Assembly (NCBI GenBank): GCA_013265495.1
Contig: MU058000.1
Span: 1,116,001-1,180,000, forward strand
Direction of reading: 5' to 3'
DNA length: 64,000 nucleotides
DNA from: Vicugna vicugna
Taxonomy: Eukaryota
Below, piece after piece: positions 49,683-60,705 of the stretch. Position 1 is the stretch's first letter; each line of letters begins with the position of its first letter. Position numbers and translations under genes: made by a program. The notes beneath the pieces were generated by a model. It ran no database searches. It was not told the DNA's origin and saw only the letters and a list, made by a program, of their open reading frames with translations.

Positions 49683-51324
49683 AGGTAAGATGCATTTTTC
49701 TTGACATAGCATTTAAAGTCTTTTACCATCTTGCAGCCACCTATCTTTAAGCAGGATGCAGGGCCATTCCACTCCAGGATACCTTTCCTCCAACTAAGCC
49801 AGTACTGTGTACCATAATTTGATGTGTGTCTTCCTCTGTTACCTGGTAAGCCCTTTTTGAGTAAGAGTTGAGATCTTTCTCAGTTTCAGAACTCCCAATG
49901 GCCAGGAGAGTCCTTGGAAGATGCAGATGCGTCACTACTGATGAAAAGATGAGGTTCACAGAGTCTGTAAATTTAAGCCCATGTGTTTGTAAACCCATTG
50001 TGTTTTAAGAAGGGTTAAACTTGTGGGTAGGACACCAGTTTAGCCTTGAGTTCTCCTGTGTGGGAAATGAAAGAGTTGGGGAGATGATTCGTCAGTAGGG
50101 CTCTCTCCAACTTAAAAATGTTGTGATTTTATTGAATCTGTTTTAATTTAATTGTTGTCATATTTCCATGATGTCAAACATCACTAACATTAAGCTTGAA
50201 AGATTCTGAAAGATTAGCCAAAATAGTGATAATTTCAAATACCCAGATGTTTCGTATTATGTAGAAAGCATATCTTTAAAAAACAAAACAAAACATGTTT
50301 TTCTGTTTGAGCAAAATGCTTGACACTAAACTATCCTTCATTGTGAGTTTGGCAAGGGAAAGCCAGTCAAAATGAAGCAGATGTTTGGAGGATTTAGAAG
50401 ATGTAGTTAATCCTTATATATTTTTTGTCTGTTACATGCATTCTTGAATATTCTTTATAAGAATGTAGTAAAGACAAAGATTTCCAGCTGTTATCAACAG
50501 TTCTTGATTTTCATTTTCATTAATGGAGCCACCCTTTCTTCGTAGAAGCCTTCAGAGAGTGTTGACGCCAAGATAACACTCCGTCTAAAATGAAATGGGT
50601 CATTAGTCATACAGGCGACAGATTCCAACTAATGTGGAAGGCATTAGTTCCCAAATCTGTGGCTGACCTCATCTCTAGAGGTGTGATGAAGAATCAGATG
50701 AGGCGAATGTCTTCTGGAATCTAGAGTAAATAACTAATGCTTAGTAAATTGCCTACGTTACTAAATGGACATCGGATTCCTTAAAGGATTAAATTCACCT
50801 CATGTGAATGAGTGAATAATTTCTTTCAACAGGTAATTTATTTAACAGTAAGCACAGCCAGCATATGGTAATACAGGTCAAACCCTATTGAAGAAAAATA
50901 ATTTGCATTTTAACACTCTCCAATCTCCCAGCCAGTGGCATGAATCTTTCACACAATATCTGAATATGTAAAACCAGTAAACAAGTGCTATGGTCGTCAG
51001 CTTGTAGGTGGATGAAACAAGTGTTTGACAGGATATCAAAATTAGTTCCCACATAATTGTTCCATTCTTTTGGTGAAAGTACTGAATGATTTATTTTAGA
51101 AAACCTTTTTTTGGTATGGTTCAAGGCAGTCTCTAAAGTAGAAGGTGAGAAAGTCAGCTAATACAAAATGTGAATTATAGAATGAATTTAAAAGAATTGA
51201 AGGAAAGCAATTTTATTTCCCTTAAATTTTATGGGCTGGTAGATTTGACATAGTTTCTTTCCCTGACATTTTTGGTTGCCCCAGCCCTTCCTGCAATTTC
51301 AATTTCAGTTAGAAGATATAATAA

Positions 51325-51520
51325 TAAAAGCAGTACCCATTTTTGTAGTACTTCTATGCCAGGCCCTGTTCTAAGTACTTTACATTTTTACTAGCCCATG
51401 TAGTCATTACAAAAGCCCCAACAAGAGGTAAATAGAAGTATCATCCCCATTTTACAGAGATGTTAAGGCACTTCTCCAGGATCACACAGCACCTAAGACC
51501 TAAGCAGTCTGACTCTATAG
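51325..51520 (-). mobile_element. MIR SINE
   Basis: ctatgccaggccctgttctaagtactttaca...tatcatccccattttacagag. Confidence 0.8.
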
Positions 51521-51532
51521 GTTAATTTTGTA

Positions 51533-51721
51533 CTGTGTTTGTCAAACTTGACCATGCATCAGAATCACCTGGAAGGTTCCTTGAGTCACAGACTGATAAG
51601 TGCTACCACCCAGAAGTTTTGAATCAGTAAGTCTGGGGTGAGGCCTGAAAATTTACATTCTATCAATTTCCCAGGTGATGCTGATGCTACTGGTCTGAAG
51701 GCCATACTTCAAGACTACTCT
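51533..51721 (+). mobile_element. MER5A hAT-Charlie element
   Basis: gcatcagaatcacctggaagg...tcagtaagtctggggtgaggcctgaaaatttacattcta...cccaggtgatgctgatgct. Confidence 0.9.
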
Positions 51722-51839
51722 GCTATGCCTGTCTGTAATACAGTCATAAACCAGAAAAAGTTGTTATGGCAGCAAAACAGTCAAGGCTTTTCTATTTTGA
51801 AAGTTCAGACTCTGAGGTCATTGAAAGCATAGGAAGATA

Positions 51840-52553
51840 TGTGATCCCTCTTATCTGGCTCTTTTGGATCAGGAGACTAGAAAAGTTTCCCAGGATAGAG
51901 GGAATGGAGAAAAGCATAGACATTGGGTTGGTGGGTTCCTGAGAAGGGACTTTGAATCTGTCTCTGCTGGACTCTTCCCCGGGGGAGACTGGGAGGAAAT
52001 GGGGAACAAACAGAACCCCCCAGGATCCCCAGGGAGGGTTGGTAGATCTGAGAGCAGAGAGAGCCTGTGTGCTCTGCTGGGTGGAGCCCATGGTTGCCAC
52101 AAAGCCTTGGAGTTCCCGTTGCTCAGCTGGAGAAGCAACTACATAGAGTGTCTTGCTGGACAGGCTTGGGATATTATTACAGGGTTTCTTGGTACCTCAA
52201 CAAGGGGTAGAAGCAAGAAAACTATCCTCATGAGCATTTAGGAGGACTCAGATATGACTGGCAGAGAGCAGCTGACTTGATGAGACTGTGGGGTTGGGAT
52301 GAGGCTGACCAGCACTGATGGATGACCAAACCATAGTGGGATGAGGATGTCTCCTGGATTCTGTGTGCACAAATGATTACACCAAGAACTAGAAGCCTAC
52401 CTCTGCCACCTCTCCCTCTCCGGAAAAGCATATATCCTCCCCAGGCCTCAGAGACAGGTGGGGTGTGTTGTTTCCAGCATCTTGAGGAAAAGAAGCATAA
52501 TAAAATCAGTTAAGTTTGGTTCTGTAAGTATGAAAAGAGCTACATTTCTCACA
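51840..52553 (+). mobile_element. Possible ancient LTR (mammalian Gypsy-like)
   Basis: TG...CA bounds, a purine-rich body, and aataaaatcagtt about 55 bp before gctacatttctcaca. The family assignment is weak. Confidence 0.4.
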
Positions 52554-52831
52554 CATGAGTTCATGGGATGAAATCTATACCCACCACAAAGTGGTTGCTG
52601 TGTAGGAATTTAAAGGATGCTAGTGCAGGGGATATCTGTGCCACAGACTAACTGAGAAACCCAGGAACAGGTAAACGCTAATCATCACGAATCAATAGAG
52701 GAGACCCTGTGAGATGATTGGTGTCCAGAGAAGTCCCAGCAGACTCCAGAAATACCACTGTTGTAAAGAAAGTGAGTCTGAAAAAGAACAACCAAATGCA
52801 TTAAATTTACAAAGTAAAATGGGTGACTGAA

Positions 52832-52994
52832 TACAGTGAATGATGTTCAATATCTTATAATAACCTTTAATGGAAAAGAATATGAAAACAAATATGTGTA
52901 TGTATATGCGTGACTGGGGCATTGTGCTGTATTCCAGAAATTGACACATTGTAATTGACTATATAATTCAATTAAAAAAAAGGATGTTTCTAAA
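52832..52994 (+). mobile_element. 163-bp L1 3' end insertion
   Basis: L1 3' UTR (tgttcaatatcttataataacc...ccagaaattgacacattgtaattgac). Perfect 16-bp TSD aaaatgggtgactgaa (52816-52831 / 52995-53010). Confidence 0.95.
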
Positions 52995-53689
52995 AAAATG
53001 GGTGACTGAAAGGAGACAGAGAGAGCAAGTGTAGGTAGGTGTGTGACAGTTTACTGATAGTTCGCCTAGGGCTCAGCCTTTCTTTCCTTGGGAAGCAAAG
53101 GGGACTTGGAGAGCTACCAGCCCAGACTATCAGGGTAGCAGGAGGCCATTACCCAGTCACAGTATAATCCATCTTGACTTCGGTAAAGCAGTGACTTGAG
53201 ACCCCTGTGGAAAGCCTGTACTTTGAAAGAACACAGGATCCTCCTCCTCCTCCACTTTCCCCACCCCTGTCTATCAAGCCCTTGAGGGCTAGCCATGTGC
53301 ATCTGTGAGCTACAGTTTCCTTACCTAGAAAACGGAAATATTACAGCCCTGGTAGAGCAGTTTGACTTTTATGTGACACCAAACACATCATAGTTGCCAT
53401 GTAGCTGACACCATGTTGGTTCTGTTTTCTAAAAATTTCAAGAATAATACATTTGACTTAGAGTAAAAGGCAAAGTAATCATACATGGAAGGAAGACTAT
53501 AAATGATATGGCAGAAAGTGAAATTTGACATGAAAACTACATTCAGTGAGATAGAAAATTCTTGATTTTCTGTAAACATTAGCATTCCTAAATTTTGCTT
53601 GTCTAGTAAGTAAGAATAAAGAACTCTTTTGACTATAGATATTTTGCTGTCTGTTCTTATGGAAGGTGTGAATCACAATGTGTGGGTCC

Positions 53690-54835
53690 ATTATCCTTCT
53701 AAGTCATAGAACCTCTGATTTATTAAGAGCAGATGTATACCCAACCAAAAATCTATTTTTCTCAGTCTCCTTTGCAGATAGGTGTATCCATATGTCCAGA
53801 TTATGGCCAATAAAATATGAGCAGAGGGATTATATGGCACTTGGAATATACCATATTTGAGGGGCACCCTGGAGTGCCCCTCAAAAAGAAGGATGTGAGT
53901 TTTTTTTTACACAACTAACCAATTTAAAGAATACACAGTTCACACAAGACTTACTTGACATCTGACACCAATTGCAAGTTCAGGAGGCACCCTCAGGTTT
54001 GATCATTTACTAGAAGGACTCATAAAACCCACAGAGAGAAAGCTGTTATACTTACAGTTATAGTTAATTACAGGGAAAGGATACAGATTAAAATTGGCTG
54101 GGGAAAGAGATGCATGAGGCAGAATTCAGTGGGGATCCAGAGGCAGAGCTTCCTGTTGTTATCTCCCCGTGGAGTTATGAATGGTGTAAATGCCTTCCAA
54201 CTATACTGTGTGACAGTACACAGTCTTGGGAGAAACTCACCCAAACCTTGGTGTCTACTGGGGCTCCATCACTTCCATCACACCCTGCTTGTTAGCTGAC
54301 CTGAAGTTTCTAGCCCCTCCAAGAGACTAGGCTAATACCGGTAAGTCTCCAGTTCCTCTGGTGATTGGAGCCAATACTGTGCCGACCCCATCATAAATCA
54401 CATTGTTAGACAGTCCAGTGGCCAAATCTCCCAGGCAAATGAAGGTATTTTATCACGTGGAGGGTTTCAGGGACCAGGAGATCTCTACCCAGTAGATGAG
54501 GGCAAAAATGAGACCTGTCTTGGGGTAAGGTCAATTCACCACTACACACAGAGGGTCAGGACTTTCTTTCCCTCTTCCTTGGTCTTGCTGTCTAGAACAC
54601 CAGTGTAGTGATCGAGCTCTTGTGGCCATCATTGTGAGGAAAATCGCATCCTAGAGTTGATGCCCTGGTATCTGAGAAGGATCCTGGGTCTCTGATGACT
54701 TCATGTATTTGAAGTCATCCAGCAGCATGGACTGAGTAACTCTTAATATTTTTTTATACAGTGAGAAAAATCTATCTGACTCAAACCATTTATTTTTACT
54801 CCCCCCTTCAAATTGTTAAATATAATCCTAACCAA
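53690..54835 (+). mobile_element. Old MLT1 (J/K-like) LTR interrupted by MER21
   Basis: tttctcagtctcctttgcagataggtgtatccatatgtccagattatggccaataaaatatgagcaga, resuming near 54550 and ending tataatcctaacc. Confidence 0.65.
53894..54548 (-). mobile_element. MER21(C)-like LTR
   Basis: ctgacaccaattgcaagttc...ctagaaggactca...aaaggatacagattaaaat...ggggtaaggtcaattc. Confidence 0.85.
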
Positions 54836-56041
54836 AACTGCATATTCTTGACTTTTCTGATTTAGAAAGATAATGCCTATTCTCTTCCTTAAATGTCCTC
54901 ATTTTAAAAAATCTCACTAATTGTCAGGGACATATGATTCCAATTTTCAGTCTTCAAAGTATGCATTTTTGAGAAGCATTTTAATTGCATTTGGAAAGGC
55001 ATTGCCTTGTAAAGGGAAACTTCTCTCCATGCTCAGTGTTTGAGTGGATCCAAACTTCCATCAGAGTATTCAGTGTCCGTTTTTACTGAGGATACATTTG
55101 AATGCTTCAGGCAGGCTCAGTTTGGGGAATTTTTACTTCTCCCATAGTCTTATTCACTATGTACTTTTATCACAGTGGCGCCTCTCCCCTTCTCATTCAC
55201 TGGCAGGGAATCCTAGTGACAGGCAGCCATCCTTTTCTCTGTAGTCACCTTTTGGTGCGCTTGTACATGCTGTCCCCATCCAACTGTGTCTTTCCCCCCA
55301 TCACTCATAAAAGAGATATAATAGCTGTAGTTCTCTTGCGGTCAGTCAATTGCTGTGGTTAACAAATGGTTTATTAGAGTGTTAACCTCCATTAGCTGAG
55401 AGGCTAGGTCATTAACTGCCTCTGATAACCGTTTCTCAAAGTTTATGACTTAAATAATCACTTAAATAATGACTTTTATTCTTTTATCTGGATTAAAACA
55501 AAGTTTCATGAGAACTTAGAATTTAAAGATAAAATGAGTACCGTTGGTCAAGAAGTATCTGTAGACTTGGACCCCCTGCTTTTTGTTCTAGGGCTCTGGT
55601 GTTTGTATTAGAACCTCTAAGCAAACATGATACAGAGACTCGTCCCAGGGAAACACTCTCAATGGTGACATGTATTTGTCCTCTGGGACTACGGTATGCA
55701 GTGTTTTCCTTTACCTGCAAATACTAGCAATTTTAACATAAACTATGCAGCCTCAGTGTTTTGTGACTTCAGTTTTATGCTACCTATACTTAGTTTTCTG
55801 TTGTAAGTGGAAAACTCCTCAGAGTGAAGGGAGCTGTTACCGCTAATCTCTGTTTGGTATCTCTAGTGATTTAGGATGACAAGTCATGATGAAAGGGACA
55901 AGGAGATTCGCAGGTTTGATCATGTGCCAACAGTGCTCACAGACCTCACCAGCTGTCAGTTGCCTGCAGACAGAGATTTTACAGGTAGAGAAGTAGTGGG
56001 TTTGGGATGCTGTCTCATGATGTGCCATTTTCCCTATTTCT

Positions 56042-56221
56042 CCTTTTTTTTTATTGACATAGAGTTGATTTACAGTGTTGTGTTAATTCCTCGTGTACAG
56101 CATAGTGATTCAGGTATACATATTTATAAGTATTCTTTTTCAGATTCTTTTTCATTGTAGGTTATTACAAGATATTGAACATAGTTCCCCGTGCTATACA
56201 GTAGGACCTTGTTGTTTCCTG
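56042..56221 (-). mobile_element. 180-bp L1 3' end inserted in a MIR-like fragment
   Basis: PolyT plus L1 3' UTR. Perfect 13-bp TSD tttccctatttct (56029-56041 / 56222-56234) followed by aa, fitting the L1 endonuclease site. Confidence 0.93.
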
Positions 56222-56930
56222 TTTCCCTATTTCTAAGGTGGGGATAATAGGATTAATATTTTTTTAATCCTAGATATTTTGTGGATGAAATTAAGTAATG
56301 CCTCTAAAGCATTTGTGAATGGGATGAGAGATGAAAACGCCACTTTTGTTTTCTTATTGCTAATATGCCCAAAAGGTAATGTTTTGGATCAGAGAAATGA
56401 ATGTTTTCTCATTGCATTTTCTCATTCAGTAATTTAGATACTTCCACCTACACAAAACAAATAAAGCATTTTTCACTTCTAGCGTAGACTGCAACCAATC
56501 TTGTTTTGGTTGACTTGGCTCTTGTGCAAACGAGATAATTTATCAAAGGAAGAGCGTGAACCATTTCTTATTCACCTTTGTAGCTACTCTGCCTGGCGCT
56601 CTCCTATCCTACAGTAAGTTTTGAATAAATATTTGTTAAATTTCTTGAATATATCTGGTAAAAATTAGTTTCTCTCTCTCTCTTTTTGCTTTTTTTTTTT
56701 TTTGGTGATCCCTCAATGGTGGTATCTTTATAAAGTAGATTTTTTTCTTTTATATTCTGTCTTACATGAGTTCTTTTCACTTCTGCCTTCTCTGCTAACC
56801 TGTAGGCGTAGTTAGAGCACAGACAGAATCTATTTCTGTTTATACCCCTCATGATACCTAACACTGTGCTGTGCCTAGAATGTAGCATTTCCCAGAGGCT
56901 GTTTCATCGAAAAGCAATGTCACAGGGTGT

Positions 56931-57533
56931 TGTATTAGTATCCTATTGCTGCTGGAATCAGTTGCCACAGGTACAGTGGCTTAAAACCACCAGAATGTAT
57001 TACCTTACAGTTCTGGAAGTCAGAAGTGCAAAATCAGCCTCACTGTGCTAAATAAAGTCAAGGTGTTCCTTCTGAGGCTCCAGTCTCTGGGGTCTGTTTC
57101 TTGCCTTTTTTATATTCTCAAGGCTGCCCTCAGTCGTTGGCTTGTGGTCTCTTCTTCTGTCTTTAACGCCTACAGCATATCATTTTCAAATCTCTCTCTG
57201 CTGCTGTGGTAGCATTGCCTTCTCTCTATTTCTTACCCTTTCTGCCTCCCTTGGAAGCCCTTGTGGTTATATGGGGCCTACCTCTAGATAATCCTGGATT
57301 ATTTCCCCATCTCAGTATCCTTAATCTCACTGCAATAAAAAATTTTTTAAAATAAAATAATTACCACTCAATAGAGGATCATTACCTAGAAGCCTTTAAA
57401 TATGAATACTATCTTAAGTCACCTTAAAAAATATCCTTAATCTAGTCACATCTGCAAAGTAAGGTAGTGTATTCACAAGATCTGGGAATTAGGATGTGCA
57501 CTTCGTTGCAGCACCATTATTCTATCTATTGTA
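56931..57533 (-). mobile_element. MLT1C/D LTR carrying a ~104-bp TSD-flanked insert
   Basis: tgtattagtatcctattgctgctgg...ttacagttctggaagtcagaagt...gtcacatctgcaaag...ggaattaggatgtg. Confidence 0.88.
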
Positions 57534-57924
57534 GACATTAATGGGCAATAAGAAAGGAATACAAGGATTCCATAGTTAGATAAATCTGGTAAACTTTGGT
57601 ATAAGTAATAGTGAACATAGGACTTTTAATGCAGGACTTTCCTGAGCCTTTATTACCAAACTTTTTGGTAATGGGTATCTTTTTTCTCCCCAAAGAATAT
57701 TTAATGGACTAGTGTTTGCAGTAAAGTCATGGGTAAGAGTGGAAAAGAAATCTGGAAACTGATTGCTTTCCACTACTTATAAATGGAACTTAAATACCTA
57801 AAATGAATAATAAAATGTCTCAAAGGACCTCAGTTCTTTAGGATTTGGCTATATCTGATGAATCAAACCTTAATTTAGTCTTCATTAGTTTCCTCATCAA
57901 ACTGTCCCCATCAAAAAAGGATGA

Positions 57925-60495
57925 TTCCTTCCAGTTTCACCTTTGATGTATAAAGAGCTTGGAAGTTGTCACTCCCATCCTTACAACTAGAAAAACCTGG
58001 ACAAACTGAAAAATTATCAACTTTGCTTGGGCCTGTCAGAGAACTGAGGTTATAAGGGCAAACTACTGCCTGAAATCTGAAGAGACAGGCACACCCAGAG
58101 AGATGCAGGAACCAAGATCTGATTACCTGGAGCAGGAGCTGCAAGAACTGTAAACCGGTAGGAACACTTAGATGTGAATTTTGATAAATTACTGCAGGCT
58201 GAGTGGTCTAGCTTGAGAGTGAGAAACTCCTGGGGGCCAGCCTTGTGAAAGATCTTCTTGTGACCCTGGCAGGGAGAGGGGGAAAGTAACTATTGTGAAA
58301 TAGGCCTTGAGGCTTCCCCATAACATAGGTGTTTTCTCCGGGGGAAAGGACTTTGCCACAGCACAGCTCTGACATCTTATCCCAGGAGGAGGAAGGTAAA
58401 TTCTCCCTATTCCCTTGAACCCTCATCCTTCCTGTCTCATCTAAATGAGGAACAAAAAATATAGTCAACAGGGAGAAGGGCTTCAAGGAAATAGACTGGG
58501 AATGTTGCAGCTAGGGAAGGAAGTAGAGCAGGGGGAAAAAGCTATACCATTGGAGGGGGGACAGAAATACTTGTGACGGCCACAGCCCTGGCATACAGAC
58601 CTGCTGAAAGATGGAAGCATAAATTAAACACCATAGAACAATTCCCCCACCCCGACCTAACACCACACCAAATTCTCCAGTATCACAACGGTAAATTACA
58701 GCTGAAAGTACAGAGAGAAGTCTCAAAGCCAAGAGAGGAGAGAAAAACAAACACACTAGAGGGATTGAATCCTCTGTTGCTTATAGCTACAGCAGACGTT
58801 TAATATAGCCCAACTCCTGACCAGCTTAACATAAATCCTGACACTAACAGCCTATTTAAATCTTTAATTTCTGTCACTTGACACTACATGTCCAGAGTTC
58901 AACAAAAAATTACAAGGTTTGCCAAAAGGCCAGAAAAATATAGAGTCTGACGAGAAAGCAATCAACAAACCAGACTCAGACATGCCACAGATGCTGGAAT
59001 TGTTAGAAAATTTAAAATAACGATGATTAATATGTTCAGAGCTCTAATGGACAAAGTAGGTAGTATGCAGAAACAGATGGGCAATGTAAGCAGAGGAATA
59101 GAAACTATAAGAAAGAGTCAAAAGGAAATACTAGGAATAAAAAACACAGTAACAGAGATCATAAATGTCTTTGGTGGCTTCATCAGTAGACTTGAGAGCT
59201 GAGGGTAAAACATTTGTGCAGTTGAAGATGGGTCAGCAGAAAGTTCCCAAGCTGAAATGCAGAGGAGAAAAAAAAGAATGAAAAAGAACTGGAAGACAAT
59301 GTCAAGAGGTATATTATAAACTTAATTGCAATACTAGAAGAGGAGGGAAGAGAGAACAGAGCAGAAGTATCTTCTGTAATAATGTCTGAGATTTCCCCCA
59401 GATTAATGACAGACACCATCTACTAATCCCAGAAGCTCAGAGAACACCAAGCAAAATAAAGATGAGAAAACCTACACCTAGGTGTACCACAGTCAAACTG
59501 CAAAAAATCAAAGACGAAAAGAAAAACTTCAAGGAAGCCAGAAGGGGAAAAAAAATCACCCTGACTTTAGAGGAAAAAGGATAAAAATTATAGCAGACTT
59601 CTTATCAGAAACCATGCAAGAAAAAAAAAGTGCAGTGAAACCTTTACAGGGTTGAAAGAAAAAAAAAAAAACACCACCCTAGAGTTCCATATTCAAAAGC
59701 GTTATTCTTCAAAAGTGAAAAAATAAAGACTTACTAGGCAAAAACAAGAGAGACACTTCATTACCATCAGACCTGCCCTGCAGGAAATGTTTTAAAAAGT
59801 TCTTCAGACAGAAGAAAAATAATATAGTTTAGAAACTTGGATCTGCATTGAGAAAAGAGTGTCAGAGCAAGAATAAGTGAAGGTAAAGTAAGTACTTTTA
59901 CTTTTCTCATTCTTAATCCAAAAGGTAATGAGTTGTTTAAAATAATACTAGTAACAGTCTGTTGATTGATTATAGGATATGGATACATGACAGATGACAG
60001 CAATGTCACAAAGGATAGGAGGGAGAAATTGGAGATTCTTCTCTTACAGGATACCTATAATGAATATGAAACATTGCTGTGTTATTTGAAGGTTGACTTA
60101 GGTTATTTAAAAATGTGTATTTTAAACTGTAGGGTACTAAAAATTTTTTTTCAAAAGAAGTGTAAATGTTATGCTGAGAGAGGAGATATGATGGAATTAT
60201 AGAAAACACCAAATTAAAGTTAGATAAGGCAGCAAAAAGAAAAATGGAAAAAACGAATCAGAGAACAAATGTAACAAATAGGAAACAAAGATGTTAGCTA
60301 TTAATCCAACTATATCAATAATAACCTTAAATAGGGACGATTTAATGCACCAGTTAAAAGACTGAGATTCCCAGAGTGGATAAAAAGATGAATCTCCAAG
60401 AAAGACGGGTCTCCAAGAAACCCACTTTAATTATAAAGATTCAGATAAGTTAAGAGCAAAGAGATGGAGAAAGATATGTCATGCCAATATGAATT
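57925..60495 (+). mobile_element. Old L1 (L1M/L1MD-like) 5' portion: 5' UTR, decayed ORF1, start of ORF2 endonuclease
   Basis: ORF1 remnants agaagctcagagaacaccaagc, cacctaggtgtaccacagtcaaactgc and cagacctgccctgcaggaaatgtt. ORF2 start atatcaataataaccttaaat...ttaatgcaccagttaaaagac. No open frame remains. Confidence 0.85.
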
Positions 60496-60499
60496 TTAA

Positions 60500-60705
60500 A
60501 ATGATGGTTATTTTGATCTTTGGAATTAAGAAATCTGGTGTGGATTACGGTTCTGTCATGAATGAACATGAGCAAGTTACTTAACTGCTCTATGCCTCAG
60601 TTATAAAATGCAGACATAAATGTCTGTTAGGATTGTTCTTAGTGCATGATCAGTGCATACAGCCTGCTCAACATCATACCTGACATATAATAGTTGCATA
60701 GAGTA
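60500..60705 (+). mobile_element. MIR SINE
   Basis: gagcaagttacttaactgctctatgcctcagtt...tacctgacatataatag. Confidence 0.72.

Noticed and set aside
50683..50760. C/D box snoRNA (GTGATGA box C)
   Set aside because: There is no downstream CTGA box D with a terminal stem at a suitable distance.
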